Of a stretch of 64,000 nt of DNA, positions 37,600-50,957 are shown piece by piece; position 1 is the stretch's first letter; each line of letters begins with the position of its first letter. A model generated the notes under the pieces. It had not been told where the DNA came from. It made no database searches and saw nothing but the letters and a program-made list of their open reading frames with translations. The stretch comes from Carcharhinus longimanus (lineage: Eukaryota). A program made the translations under genes and the position numbers. Location of the stretch: contig JASCQW010000081.1 in the NCBI GenBank assembly GCA_030264375.1, forward strand, positions 35,818,353-35,882,352, given 5' to 3'.

Positions 37600-39145
37600 C
37601 CCTGATCTCCTTACCTAAGGAAGGATAAACTTGCCATGAAGGGAGTGCAACAAAGATTCATCAGACTGATTCCTGGGGTGGCGGGATTGTCGGCCCTCAA
37701 GCCTACTCTGTCATTTAAGATCATAGCTGATCTGATAGTAACCTCAAATCTGCATCCAACCGTCCCCCAATAACCGATCAGCACATTGCTTACTAAGAAT
37801 ATTCCACCTCTACCTTAAAAATATTCAAAGGCTTTGCTTCCAAGGAAGCAAAGCCTTTCCTTTCCAAGGAAAATTCCAAAGACTCACAACATTCTGAGAC
37901 AGAAAATGTTGCTTTATCTCCATTTTAAATGGGTAACCCCTTCTTTTAAATACTAACCCCTAGTTCGAGATTCCGCCACACAAGGAAACATCCTCCCCAC
38001 ATCCACCCTGTCAAGATCCCTCAGAATCTGATATGTTTCAATGAAGATGCTTCATACTCTTCTACACCCAGTCAATATAAGCCTAGCCTCTCCAACTAAT
38101 CCACCCATTCCGGCTAACAGTCTGGTAAGCCTTGTCTGAACTGTTTCCAATGTATTTGCATCTTTCCTTAAATAAGGTGACCGATTCTGTGCGTAGTATG
38201 CCAGATGTGGTCTCACTAGTACCTGGAATATATAAGTGAATCATAACCTCCCTACTTTTGTATTCAAGTCCCCTCACAACAAATGATAACATTCTATTAG
38301 CTTTCCTAATTACTTGCTTTACCTGTATTAGGACACTCAGATTCCTCTGCATCTCAATAGGTCTACAATCTGTTACTATTTAAATAATATGTTTCTCCTT
38401 TATTCTTCCTGGACAATTTCATTTTCTATTTTTGTACCAGCTTTAATACTAGCAACCATCCCACCCAACCCTTTATTCACATCATTTATAGAAATTGTAA
38501 ACAGTTAAGGTCCCAGCATTGATCCATTTGGCACACCACTCATTACACCTTGCCAACCTGAAAAAAAAACATTTATACTATACGCTTTCTGTTAATCAGC
38601 AAATCTTCAATTTATGCCAATGTTACCCCTTACACCATGAGCTTTTATTTTCCACAATAACCTTTGATGTGGCACTTTATGAAATGCCGAGGAGGAGAGA
38701 TTGAACAATCCGAGTCTGTATCGTCCAGAGTTTAGCAGAATTAGTTACAATCGCATTGTACATAGAAAATTCCCACAGGGCTCGACAAGGCAGATGCAAA
38801 AAAGGTGTTTCCTCTAGCTGGGGGTTCCAGAACCAGGCAGCAGTTTCATAAAAAGGGATATGCCATTTAACACTGAAATGATATGCTGACTGACCCTTAC
38901 TCTGCTGTGTTGCCCTTAAAGGGGCAATTGGGACAATCACCGCAGATGAGAAGGAATTATTTCACTCAGAACATAGTGAATCTTTGGAATTCACTATCCA
39001 GAGGGATGTGGAGGCTCAGTCGTTAAGTAAATTCAAGACAGAAATCGATAGATTTCCAAGTGGTAAATCTATCACAGGATATGCAGGTAAGTGACACTGA
39101 AGTAGATTATAAGTTGTGATCCAACTGAATGGTGGAACAGACTGA
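37600..39145. mobile_element. CR1 3' fragments in both orientations
   Basis: KANRMLSFVVRGLEYKSREVMIHLY (minus); RRNYFTQNIVNLWNSL-like (plus). Confidence 0.75.
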
Positions 39146-39450
39146 AAGGGTGGGATTTTCTGGTTGCATTTGCCCCAAGAGTGGAAAATCCTGCCCAAGG
39201 TCAAAGGACCTTCCCCTCTTTCATCTTGAGTATCAGGGCATGGGTGTCCATTTCAGACTCCAAAGTTCCAATGACCAGAGACAGAGACTGGGAGCTGGCA
39301 ACTCACGGAATTTTTTCCAAGGTTCCCAATATGCAAGGTATAGATTATTACAATGGCCTGGGCTTTTAAATGGTCTTGGTGTTTTCGTAGAATGCATCTC
39401 CCATGCGGACTTTGTTGGAAACCGGTCCTGCCCTTGAGACGACCATGCCT

Positions 39451-40543
39451 TGTAACCACGCAAGGCCCTTCTCACAATTCTTTAATAATACCATATCATC
39501 TGCCTTTAGTTGTCTCTCTCGGCTAGTGTTGTTGTGTGCTTCTTGATGCCTCCCCCCCAGTCCCCAATGATTTGTGAGGAGTTGTCTGACCGTGAGCAGG
39601 ATCTATTCTGGTAGTTGCATGAGAGGTCAGAGAGGAATTTGGGCAGTTTGGTGTCTGAAGAGGCTATGAGCTGTTATTTTAAACCTGCTTTTAATCTTTG
39701 GACTCCATGGTCTTCCTGGCCATTCTCAAGGGTGCAGAGAGTTGCTAATGATAGCTTCTGTTCTAGTTTTTGATCTAATTTTATTTATTATTGTCACATG
39801 TACTGGTATACAGTGAAAAGTGTTGTTTCTTGCGCATTGTTATAAAGTGGAGGTTGAGAAGTGAGAACTAATACCGAAGCACCCAAAAAGGAGTACCTCT
39901 CCTTACAGTCTGTAAAAAGTGTGTGTGAAGTGATGTGACCTGCTTTTCCCCAATCTCTAGTGGCTAAATATAAAATAAATCCTGAGACTCACTCTAGAAT
40001 TTTCTCGGCCTTCTCTGTTGGTTCTTCTGTCTAGGACTTATTTTCTTCTTTGGTATCTTTGCTTTCTAGATGGTGCTTTTTTTAAGACATAGATAAAGCT
40101 ATGAGAACCAGCGATTCTCTTTCTCTGTTACCTTGGGCAGGTGGCAGTTGCTTTTTTTGTTCCACTGCTCCCTTTTTTTATACCCGCAATGACATATCAA
40201 TATTTCTCACAACAGGATTGGTCCTAAGTTGTCAAAATCATCAGATTTAAATTTAACAGGTTCTTGGTATCTAAGTGCCTGATTCAAATTGATTGGCTAA
40301 ATTCAAAAGCCTGTTGTCTTGATAAAAACTGCTGCTTGGCCTTTCGATACAAATGTTTCAGTTTGGGGCTTGCTATGTGCCTGCATTTTTTTCAACTCTC
40401 TAAGCACAGAGAAAGCAGCAACTTTTAAAGTTGCTTTTACAGTGCTTTCCCTCCTAGTATTTTACAATTTTACAATTCTTACAAATACCAAATTCTAACT
40501 TCCTATCTCCCAATCTACAATTACTCTACCCAACTTTGCAACA
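39451..40543 (-). mobile_element. Candidate 3' LTR of the Gmr1-like element
   Basis: Minus-strand PPT aaggggggaga is immediately followed by TGTTG at 40543; candidate end GTTACA at 39451. Confidence 0.55.
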
Positions 40544-43160
40544 TCTCCCCCCTTAAGAAAAATTGAACCATAATCATGAAAAAATGACTTTTTTTTAAAC
40601 CTTAACTTCACCATATTATGAGATCCATAGCTCATTAAGCGAGAATTTCACATTTTATACTAATTCTATTTATGTATAACATTGACCAGTATGATTTCTA
40701 TCTTACGTAAACATTTTTCTTTTAAACTCGCAATAAAGCACTTGTGATAACATAAATGACCTGCAACATGTACAAGCTGTAAATTAAACGCTTGTAACAC
40801 GAGATTCCAACGAAATAATTTGGTGTTCTTGTCCTCAAATCTTTCTAGAATTGTCAAAGGATTGTGATTGGTATATACAATTGTCTCTGATGCATTGTTT
40901 GCAACATAAGCATTAAAATGTAAGGCCATTACCAAACTCAATAACTCTTTTTCAATGAATATTTTTTCTGGCAGATATTGAGTTTTTTAAAAAATAACTG
41001 GACTTTCAATTCCACAATCATCCTCCTGTAATAACACAGCTCCAATACCTACATCGCTTGTGTCGATGGTGACTTTCAAGGGTTTCAAAAAATTTGAAAA
41101 ACAGGTGTGGTGGTTAACACTGCTTTTAAATTCTCAAATGCGTCTTGGCATTGTTCTGTCCACCAAAATTTTGTGTTTTTTTAAAATTTGTCAATGGTGC
41201 CTCTGTGCTACTAATGTTCAGGACAAATTTCCTGTAGAATCTGTTCAATTGTGAAAATCGTAGCACTTCCTTTTTCAAGGATGGTTTTGGAAACTCCTCA
41301 ATGGCCTTTGTCTTCACATTTCTTGGTGTTATCTGTCCGTATCCAATATCGTGTCCTAAAAATGTCACTTGTGCCTTCACAAATTCTGTTTTTGCCAAGC
41401 TTATGACCAACTTTGTCTTCCGTAGTCTCTCAAAGAGCTCTGCCAAATGCTCCATGTGATCTTTCCACGAATGGCTAAAGATCACTAAGATCACTAAAGA
41501 TCTATGTAGACAGCACAATTAGTCAATCCTGCAACAACTCTGCTCATAAATCTTTGAAAAGTGGCTGGTGCGTTTTTCATTCCAAAGGCTATTACTTTAA
41601 ATTGATATAGCCTATTTGGGGTTACAAAAGCAGAAATTTCTTTTGCTCTCTCTCCAACAAAGGTACTTGCCAATAACTGCGAAGTAAGTCCAACTTTTTG
41701 ATGTAAGTGGCTTCTCCTACTTTTTCCACACAATCCTCTAGGCTTGGAATTGGGTATGAATCAGATTTAGTCACAACATTGACCTTCCTATAATCTAAAC
41801 AGAGTTTTGAGTACCATCAGGTTTGAGAGCCAACATGATTGGCGAACTCCACTCGCTTTGACTTGGCTCTATAATGTCTTCTTGTAGCATCGCTTCCACT
41901 TCCTTCTGAACTTGCGCTGCTTTGACAGGATTAAGCTAATAGCATTGTTGTTTTATCGAAACAGCATTCTTTAAGTTAACCTCATATATCATGGCATTAG
42001 TCATCCCCATTCTGTTTCTACATAAGCCCTCAGCAGTGCAACAATTCTTTCAATTCAGTTCTCTGTTCCTGGGAGAGAGAGCTCACTACCACATTCCTTT
42101 CCTGAAGGACTTCTTCATTATTCAAATTATTCTGAGGCACATCAAAGTCCAAATCATCTGGAGTTGATTCCTCACTCTGAATGGCAGTAACTAATACCTG
42201 TTTCTCCAGTTCCTCTTCCCTGTCATAGTACTGTTTCAGCATGTTCACATGACCTATCCTATGAATTTTTTCCTAACTAGCAGCTTTACCAGATTATTCA
42301 TCTGATTTAACTTTTCAATCTGATAGAGACCACTGAACGTTGTTTTGAAGGGATCTCCTGCCATTGGTAATAACACCAATACTTTATCCCCACGGGGAGA
42401 AGTACAAATTTTAGATTTCTTATTTGCTTCTTGCTTCATTAGGTGCAGTGCCACCTTCAAATGTTGACTAGCTAATTCATCTACTCTGTTTAATCTTATC
42501 TCAGATATATAATCTAACTGTGAGATCTCTGACTTTGGACCTACCAACTTTTCCTCAATTATTTTTAAAAACCCTCTTACTTTGTGTCTGAATATCAATT
42601 CAAATAGAGTAAACTGAGTTGATTCATCTGGAACATCTCCAGTAGCAAATAATATAAATGGGAAAGTTTTATCCCAATCATTGGGTAACCCTGGCAATAA
42701 GCCCTCAACATAGCCTTTAGGGTTTTATGCCATGTTTCCAATGCTTCCTAGGATGCAGGATAGTACGCACTTAATGTAGAGTGACTGATGCCTAAACTAT
42801 CCATAACCTGCAGAAATAATTTGGCAGTAAAATTGGACCCTTGGTCTGGGTAATCCATAACAGTTAAAGAAAGCAAGCAACTCCTCCATGACCCTTTTTG
42901 CCTGGACATTCCATAATGGAATTGCCTCTGGAAACCTGATAGACACATCCATTATGGTTAGCAAATACTGGTTCACACTTTTGGTTTTAGGGAGGCGACC
43001 GACACAATCAATTATAACCCGTGTAAAAGGTTGTTCAAATGCAGGAATTAGCTTCAAAGGCACTGGTTTTATCATTGCCTGTAGCTTTCCTGCCATCCGA
43101 CACGTATGACAGATACGACAAAATTCAACCACATTTTTATGTAATCCAAGCCAATAACCA
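40544..43160 (-). mobile_element. Gmr1-like Ty3/gypsy pol remnant, domain order IN-RT-RNaseH
   Basis: IN (FCRICHTC..PFTRVIIDCVGRLPKT; DWDKTFPFILFA) at 43160-42250, RT (FGMKNAPATFQRFM..VYID; VTFLGH) at ~41900-41130, RH (IVYTNHNPL..KLFRWNLVLQAFNL) at ~41070-40670. Confidence 0.85.
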
Positions 43161-43169
43161 GCGTTATGC

Positions 43170-43780
43170 AGACAAAACGTACTGTTCATAGAGGACATCG
43201 GGAAGAAGGAAAGGAGAGAGTGCACAATGTAATGTTACAGTCATAGTAGGGTGTAGAGAAAGATCAACTTAATATTAGGTCTATTCAAAGGTCTGATGGC
43301 AGCCGGGAAGAAGTTGTTCTTGAGCTGGTTGGTACATGATCCCAGACTTTTGTACCTTTTTCCCAATGGAAGAAAATGGAAGAGAATGTATCCAGGGTGC
43401 GTGAGGTCCTTGATTATGCTGGCTGCCTCTCCAAGGCAGTGGGAAGTGTAGATGGAGTCAATGGATGGGAGGTTGGTTTGTGTGATGGACTGGTCTACAT
43501 TCACAACCCTCTGTAGTTCCTTGAAGTCTTGGTCGGAACAAGAGCCATACCAAGCTGTGATACATCTGGAAAGGATGCTTTCTATGGTGCATCTTTAAAA
43601 ATTGGTGACAGTTTTATCAGACTTGCCAGATTTCCTTAGTCTTCTGAGAAAGTAGAGGCATTGATGGGCTTTCTTAACTATAACGTCAGTGGGGAGGGAC
43701 CAGGACAGGTTGTTGGTGAAGTTCTCCACCATTTCCACTTCATCCCCGTTCACGTAGACAGGGGCATGTCCTCCACTACT
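43170..43780 (-). mobile_element. Rex1/Babar- or L2-type LINE 3' fragment
   Basis: LPSIDSIYTSHCLGEAASIIKDLTHPGYILFHFLPLGKRYKSL..LKNNFFPAAIR. Confidence 0.8.
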
Positions 43781-43789
43781 GACCCATGA

Positions 43790-46700
43790 GTACAGCTATG
43801 TCCATATCCATGCCTGGCCATTAGGCATAGCTCCTTGCGAACATTTTTATTTTTTGTCACTTTTGGGAGGCCATGGTGAAGTCTGGTAGGGTGGGATAGC
43901 GGCCCTCGGCATGACAACTCTGGAGCTCAATAAAGGTATGCCATCTTTCACAATCAAATGCTTTCTCTGACTCCAGTATGGGTGAATTGTGGGCTGTAAT
44001 AGCCTACCAGCTGTTTCAATTTTGTGAGGACTGGGTCATTTTTCGTCCATTGCTGAATATTATTTGCTGTCACTGGGAAAGTTTTTCAAAAAAATTCATT
44101 GTCATCTCCGTCTCGACCAATGGGGAGACTACTGGTGGGATGCCTGCTAATGGTGGTCAATTCAAGGCATCAGTGTTGGTTACTCGGCCTCCTGGATGAT
44201 GTTCAAATCGATAATTGTAGGTGACCAGTAATAAAACCCACTGCTGGATTCGGGCTGTGCAATGGGCAGCAGCACCTTGTCCTCCTTTAGCAGTCCTAGT
44301 AGTGGCTTGTGGTCCATCGTAATCATGCATTTTGGCCCATACAGGTCCTGGTGTAATTTTTTAACCCCACATATCACCGACAATCCTTCTTTATGAGTAC
44401 CGGTGTTCCATGACAATCAAGGTCCTGGAAGTGTACACAATTGGGCTTTCATCTCCGTTTGGGCACTTATGTGCCAATACCGCATTGATTCCATTCAGGG
44501 ACGCCGCATTGATTCCATTTGGGGATGTATTGCATGTCAGCAGTTGTTCTTTCCTGGGATGATAACATACCAGAACGTTCGACGAGGAAAGCTGTTGCTT
44601 TACTTTACTGAAAGCCAAGGATTGAGGGGAATCCCACTCCCAAGGCTGATCCTCTTTCAGTAGTTGATGTAATGGGGCCAGGATGGAGGCAAGGTTGGGT
44701 ATAAATTTCCAGTGATAGATAACCAAATACAAAAATGAGCTTAGCTCCTGAATGGACATGAGAGCCAGGGCACCTTTGATCGCCTGCACTTTGTCTTCCA
44801 ATGGATGTAGACCAGACTTGTCTACTCTGTAGCCCAGACAGATCACTTGGGGGACTTGGAATACACATATCTCCCTTGCTAGGCATACGCCTGTCTTGGA
44901 AAACCAGCTTAGAACTTTATCAAGATTCTCTAGGCATTCCTTAGTTTTCCTCTTATGAGGAAAAAGTCTACATAAATAGCCACCTAAAGTAGACCTCGAA
45001 AGAGGTTCCCCATCATTCTCTGTAAAATTGTGCAGGCTGACAATAGCCCAAATGGCAATCTAGTAAATTGATAAAGGCCTTTATGAGAATGAATTGTTGA
45101 ATATCTCTGGGAGTTCTCATCTAGATGGAATTGTAAGTTCATGCGATTCATATCAAGTTTTGAAAACGAGAATCTGCCTGCCAACTTCGCGTATAAGTCC
45201 TGATCTGAGAGGTCAGATATTTATCCAGCTGCGAGAAATGGTTTACCATTTATTTAAAATCCCTGCACAGGTAGACTGATCCATCTGGATTCAAAATTGA
45301 GATGACTGATGCTGCAATTCCGCAAATTGGACTGGTTTTTATGATCCCTTTATGTTCTAGTTTCCAGATTTCAGTTTCCACTTTTTCCTGTAAGGCAAAT
45401 GAAGTTTATTTATTAGTCACAAGTAAGACTTACATTAACACTGCAATGAAGTTACTGTGAAATTCTCCCAGTCACCACACTCTGGTGCCTGTTCGGGTCA
45501 ATATACCTAAGCAGCATGTCTTTCAGACTGTGGGAGGAAACGAGAGCACCCAGAGGAAACTCATGCAGGCACAGGGAGAACGTGCAAACTCCATACAAAC
45601 ACTGACCCAATTCGGGAACTGAACTTGGGTCTTAGGCACTGTAAGGCAGCAGTGCTAACCACTGTGCCACCATGCCACCCACTGGTCTGGTCTAGCACTG
45701 GTTGGGCCTTGCAAAATCGCAGAATCGCTTCCTGGTCAACATGTAATGTTACCTTGGCTCCTTTCCCTCAGCCTTCTTCAAAAATCTCAGGGTACTTAAG
45801 CAGGACTTCACCANNNNNNNNNNNNNNNNNNNNNNNNNNNNNNNNNNNNNNNNNNNNNNNNNNNNNNNNNNNNNNNNNNNNNNNNNNNNNNNNNNNNNNN
45901 NNNNNNNNNNNNNACTTAAGCAGGACTTCACCACGGCGACCATTATCTAGCTTAAAAATGTTGAGCCATTCCAGGTGCATCTCTTGCAATCAATATTGCC
46001 CCATAAGGCTTGGGCCCAAGCTCTTCACTATTATCACTGATAACTGAATCAGTTGTCTTTCATAGGAGAAAGGGACAGATGTTGTACCCACGATTCGCAA
46101 AGGTTCCACTGTATAGGTTCTCAGTCTCGCTGAAGGCTTGGTTAAAATTAAGGATTGGAGTCCAGAGTGAATTTTATGGAACACTGATTCTCTGATCACT
46201 GATACAGCCACATCCATCTGATCTTCATTAATACCAGATGTCCATCTAACCATACATTTATCTTGATTGGGTCTGATTTGGACATCGCTATGCAATTTAA
46301 ATGTTCAAATCAGATGTAGGTGAACCTTCCAAGGTGTGAATTCTCCTGGATACCAGCCTACCGGTTGTTTTTGTAGATCTAGTTCTCCTCTGCTGTTTTG
46401 ACTCTGCACACCGGCAACAATTATAATGCACTACAATGACTGAGGGAACTTGTGACTGTTTGGTCACAGTTTGACTTTGCCTTAGGGCTGTGCTGCAGGC
46501 AGACCTGGAGTTAAGTGTATCTGGATGCTTCCTGAGTGAAGCTATGTAATCACCTGTGTTCAAGTGGTGGTCCCCGAATTCAGTCGGACTGGCATAGATA
46601 TCCACTTCCTTTGGTATATCTTACAACTCAAATGCTCCACTTGCAGCATTTTCCAATGATAAGACCAGCTATAGTGCCAGTTTGAAGTCCAGTTGAGCTT

Positions 46701-47224
46701 CAGCCAATAGGTGTTTTTGAATAGTTGTGTTATTAATCCTGCATACCAAACGGTCTCTAAGCATCTCTTTAAGGGTAAAACCAAAATCACGTGCTTTCAC
46801 CTGTCGTTTTAACCTGGTTGGGAAATCCGTAACCAATTCCTCTGGTTCTTGGTTTGCTGAGCAAAACTGATAACGTTTCTGACTCAGAGGGGGCTTGGGA
46901 TCATAATATTCTCCAACTAGTTCAGTCAGTTCTTGAAAGGCTTTAGTACCAGTGCCTTAGGAAAAATTAAACTTCAAAGGACAGCACATGCTGAAGCCCC
47001 ACAGGCAATCAGGTGAATTATCCATTGTTTCTCATCTGCCATAATGTTGTTTGCCCGAAAAAGTAACATACGTGTTTCCTCACACACTGGGCCCAGTCTT
47101 CAATGCCAGGTTGAACAAGCCTAATCTTCCAAATAAACGCATGATGCATGAGAATGGCTTACCCCCATTTAGGCCAACTGTCTTGAGCTAGTCCCTTCAG
47201 AATCGTGCATTACCTCATCACCCG
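43790..47224 (-). mobile_element. Mag/K02A2.6-like Ty3/gypsy remnant (gag-PR-RT-RH-start of IN)
   Basis: gag YYDPKP..LKEMLRDRLVCRINN; PR RLRTYTVEPL..GPSLMG; RT FSKLDM..GLYQFTRLPFG; RH MDHKPLLGLL. Confidence 0.85.
45401..45680 (-). mobile_element. HE1-like V-SINE inserted in gypsy pol
   Basis: Reverse complement of the 23657 family with intact head gggtggcatggtggcacagtggttagcactgctgcc. Confidence 0.85.
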
Positions 47225-47440
47225 TGAAATAATCCCCACAAGGCCAGTGTCCCTTCATCAAATCCAGATTTATTTACAATAGTTATTATGACTCAGACAG
47301 GTACTTCCCAGTGGAGAGTATACACCCTCAGTGCCCATAACCCGGACACTTCACATTGTAGACCTCCGCAGGCCTCCTGGATTGGACAACATTATTTGCC
47401 TCAATCAGACAGCTAACAGATTGTGGACCTTGTTAAAGTC
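47225..47440 (-). mobile_element. Candidate 5' LTR of the Mag-like element
   Basis: Minus strand ends ...ATTTCA followed by PBS-like cgggtgatgagg (cf. tggcgacgagg); AATAAA inside; far boundary uncertain. Confidence 0.5.
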
Positions 47441-47499
47441 ATTAGTGACCTTTTCTATCCTGCCAGTACACTTCGAACTAACAGGTCCCAAAAGTTAAT

Positions 47500-49050
47500 C
47501 TCCGTATCTGAAAAGGTCTTGACAAAGTTATTGAAATGCAATCTTTCTCGACATACCTTTGAGAAGCTATTGCTGACCCTTTCTATAGTTATTGGCTGCA
47601 ATTCTCCAATTTATTTGAAAAACAATTGGTTTCACAACAATACTGTTTTGCAGACTGTTTGACTCTGTCTGGATTTCAACACAAATGAGTGGGAAGAGCC
47701 CTGTTGATCACAAAGGTATGTGATTGGGCAATAAACAGACTGCATTGTCATCCACAGTATTTGATATGGCAATAGTCACATGACAGAAATCAGGGCAGGG
47801 ATTTTCTACGCCTGCCTTGGTGGAACCCACTGTTGGGCATGTGGTGAAACAGCCAAAAGACCACTAATTTTCCACTGCGTCAGAAGACCCCAGCAGTGGG
47901 CAGGGCCAGAGAATCATAGGCTTAGGCTTCTGATAAGGAGATCTAATAAGATACACTTCTGGAGTGGAGGATACATCTAGACCAGTGAAAGAACAAGACC
48001 CTGCTAAAGAAACAACTTTAGGCAGGGATTTGAGTTGACCTTAACCTCTCTACCTGAGGAACTGGACCTGGGGACCCTACAGGGCTTCCATATTGCACTT
48101 TAACTGGAGTGGAACAAGTGAAATCTGCTACATGAACATTAAATAACAGAAAATCCATTTCTCTAAAACGTCCAGACTGTTTTCTTGGGTAGACCATTAA
48201 AGGGTTACATCATTTCACCATTTTCCTCTGGGGATAGCAAATGTGACAAAGCAGCCTTTGAACTCTTTAGACCATAATGCATGCTATTTTTTGTAATCAC
48301 TGTGTTTTCTTCAATGTGCGCATATACGTATAAGTTCATGAGTAGCTATGGTTGCATATATATTTAGGCTTTGAATAATAAACACTTGTCTTTCTTTTAA
48401 AAATAATTTGTTCTTGTCAGAAATAGCAACAAAACAGCTTTGTTTTATAAAAATATGCTGGTCAGGATTTTCCAGCCCCCCCACACCAGTTTTCCTGGTG
48501 GTGGAGGCAATCCGCCATTGGCTGGCAGCAGGATCTTCCAGTCCTGCCAGAGTCAATGGTGTTTTCCATTGGTTGCTGGCCATGAGACCAGTGAACCCAC
48601 CGGCTAATGGTGACTTGCCCCTGCTGCCAGAAAACACACCACAAGGAGGCTGGAAAATCCCAGCCATTGTCTTTGATCAATAGGGAGGTGGCAAAAGGGG
48701 GAACTATCCTTACCAATTCCCCTTCTCCATAACAGCATGAACATTTTTACTTCCCAATGTCGATCTTAAATTTACTTTAGAAATCACAGAACACAATTTC
48801 TTTTGCCGTTTTGATGTCTTTCTCCCAGTAATTTATTTAAGAGATATTTTTATCACCTACTGCCTTAAAGTATTTAGGACTTTCTCCAATGTCATCAACT
48901 TTCGAACTGTGCAACTGTTTCATGCCATAATCTGACCAATATCAAGACAGAATTCTGTTATTCTTTGTAGATTTTGCTGGTGGTGCCTGGGTGATGCCAT
49001 ATTGTTTTGCCAGTTCAGTCTCTGATCTTGTATCCAGGGCAGTGATAATT
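47500..49050 (-). mobile_element. Possible highly decayed Tigger/pogo transposase
   Basis: RSETELAKQYGITQ (HTH-like), KQLHSSKVDDIGE..FKAVGDKNIS (CENP-B HTH-like), LLPN..CDQQGSSHSFVLKSRQ (DDE-like). Confidence 0.4.
48460..48665. mobile_element. Harbinger-type MITE (~205 bp)
   Basis: TIR GGTCAGGATTTTCCAGCC / GGCTGGAAAATCCCAGCC. Confidence 0.7.
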
Positions 49051-49849
49051 ACATAGTTAGCTCATGTTCACATATATGTGCTTTGTTTTTGTAAGTAATT
49101 CAATTTTCATAAAAATAATAATTATAAAGACCCAAAATACAGTAAAGTAACAGCCTCTCCTTATTATAACTATTCCTTATTGTAAGATGGAGCAATTGTG
49201 AATAAACAATCTGGTCAGCTCAATCTGTGATTGTTAAAACAGGTTGAAATAATATATAACATTACTGAATGAGTTATTAATTGGGGCTGCATTCTTATGT
49301 AACATTTTATTAATTATAACATGATACATCTATACAATGCAAATTCAAGATATGTACAAAAGCATCAAGCATAGTCAGGTCAGGCTATCTGTATAACATT
49401 ATGCAAGTTGTATCAATGGGCAACTTAACATTTTATGAATTCAGTTGTGATTATATACTGTGACAATGCCACATATAATCATACACGATATCTAAAATGT
49501 TCGTATGTCACTGTTTCACCCGTTTACGATATGGGCTGTACATATACAATTGCAAATCTATTAGACTATTATTAAAAATCAGAAACTGGAAGTAAAAAAC
49601 AAAGAACATTACAGCACAGGAACAGGCCCTTTGGCCCTCCAAGCCTGCACCAACCATGCTGCCCGACAGAACTAAAACCTACCCTTCTGGGGACCATATC
49701 CCTTATTTTCCCATCCTATTCATGCATTTGTCCAGATGTCCCTTAAAAATCACTACTGTATCTGAAAAGTGGTCTTATTTTCAGAAACGTTCCTTATGAA
49801 TTGCTAGGAGAATGTGGTAGGGTGAGTACGCGGATAAGTAAATGAGTAC

Positions 49850-49933
49850 CTGGACATGGGGAGAGGTTGATGGCATTTGACGAACATTTTCTTCCGCACT
49901 GTTGTTTCACATTAGATATTTTCTGCTGTGTCT
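49850..49933 (-). CDS. Candidate exon (84 bp, phase 1-1): ETQQKISNVKQQCGRKCSSNAINLSPCP
   Basis: Acceptor aatctctcttatag, donor CAG|gtactc (same style as the repeat exons), open frame, ends CP like exons 3 and 4. Confidence 0.5.
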
Positions 49934-50599
49934 CTATAAGAGAGATTGGTTTATCAGTAGATAGAAAATATGGTTACAAACGTGACATACTTTTTCTTTA
50001 TCAAATAAAATATTTGCTTCCTTCATGTTTAGTGTTCTAACAATTTTCAGTTTAAAGTAAATGCCTATGGTCTTAGAGCTTAGATTTTTTAATACTTGGA
50101 TCTTTGGGCAATAATTTATTACACCAGGTTGCTGCTCATGTTAAATATCCTATAATTCTCAGATTATATGGATGCATTACATATAATCCCAGTGTATAGT
50201 TTCATAGCTGTAAGAAACTCCAATCTGAATACTGTGTTACTTAATTAGAATATGCATTAAGATGGTGAATGTTTGTACATGCATAACACCCAGGTATAAT
50301 GAACACATATAGTTGTCAGCATAAAACAGTTCATTGAAAGAGCCCAGTAAGAATAATGTTTTCCACTTTTCTAGCTATTTCTTAACCGTTTTTCACGTTT
50401 ACTTTTGTTGTTGTCATTAAGATTGCCAGATCCCTTTGTGCTAATTATTATGCCAGTTTTATTTCCAGTAACTGTAATTGTGTTCTATACTGCTCCCCAT
50501 TGGAAATCCTATATGCCTTTTTTGGGGAAGGGGGTAGTAAATCAATGAAGTATTGCCACTATCAATAGTCAGAAGCATTTATATTGACATTTTTTGAAG

Positions 50600-50957
50600 C
50601 ATAAGAACATAAGAAATAGGAGCAGGAGTAGGCCATCTAGCCCTTTCAGCCTGCCCCTCCATTCAGTAAGATCATGGCTGATCTGAAGTGGATCAGTTCC
50701 ACTTTCCCGCTTTCTCCCCATAACCCTTAATTCCCNNNNNNNNNNNNNNNNNNNNNNNNNNNNNNNNNNNNNNNNNNNNNNNNNNNNNNNNNNNNNNNNN
50801 NNNNNNNNNNNNNNNNNNNNNNNNNNNNNNNNNNNTCCATCTGCCAGGTCCTCGCCCACTCACTCAGCCTATCCAGATCTCTCTGCAGACTTTCCACGCC
50901 CTCCACGCAATTTGCTTTTCCACTCATCTTCGTGTCATCAGCAAATTTTGTCACCAA
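50600..50957 (-). mobile_element. Young CR1 3' fragment (gap inside)
   Basis: KFADDTKMSG..SLQRDLDRLSEWARTWQM plus cataagaacataagaaatagg tail. Confidence 0.9.

Noticed and set aside
44481-44525. 24-bp tandem duplication in gypsy RNaseH (NGINAASLNGINAV)
   Set aside because: Ordinary slippage mutation in a dead element
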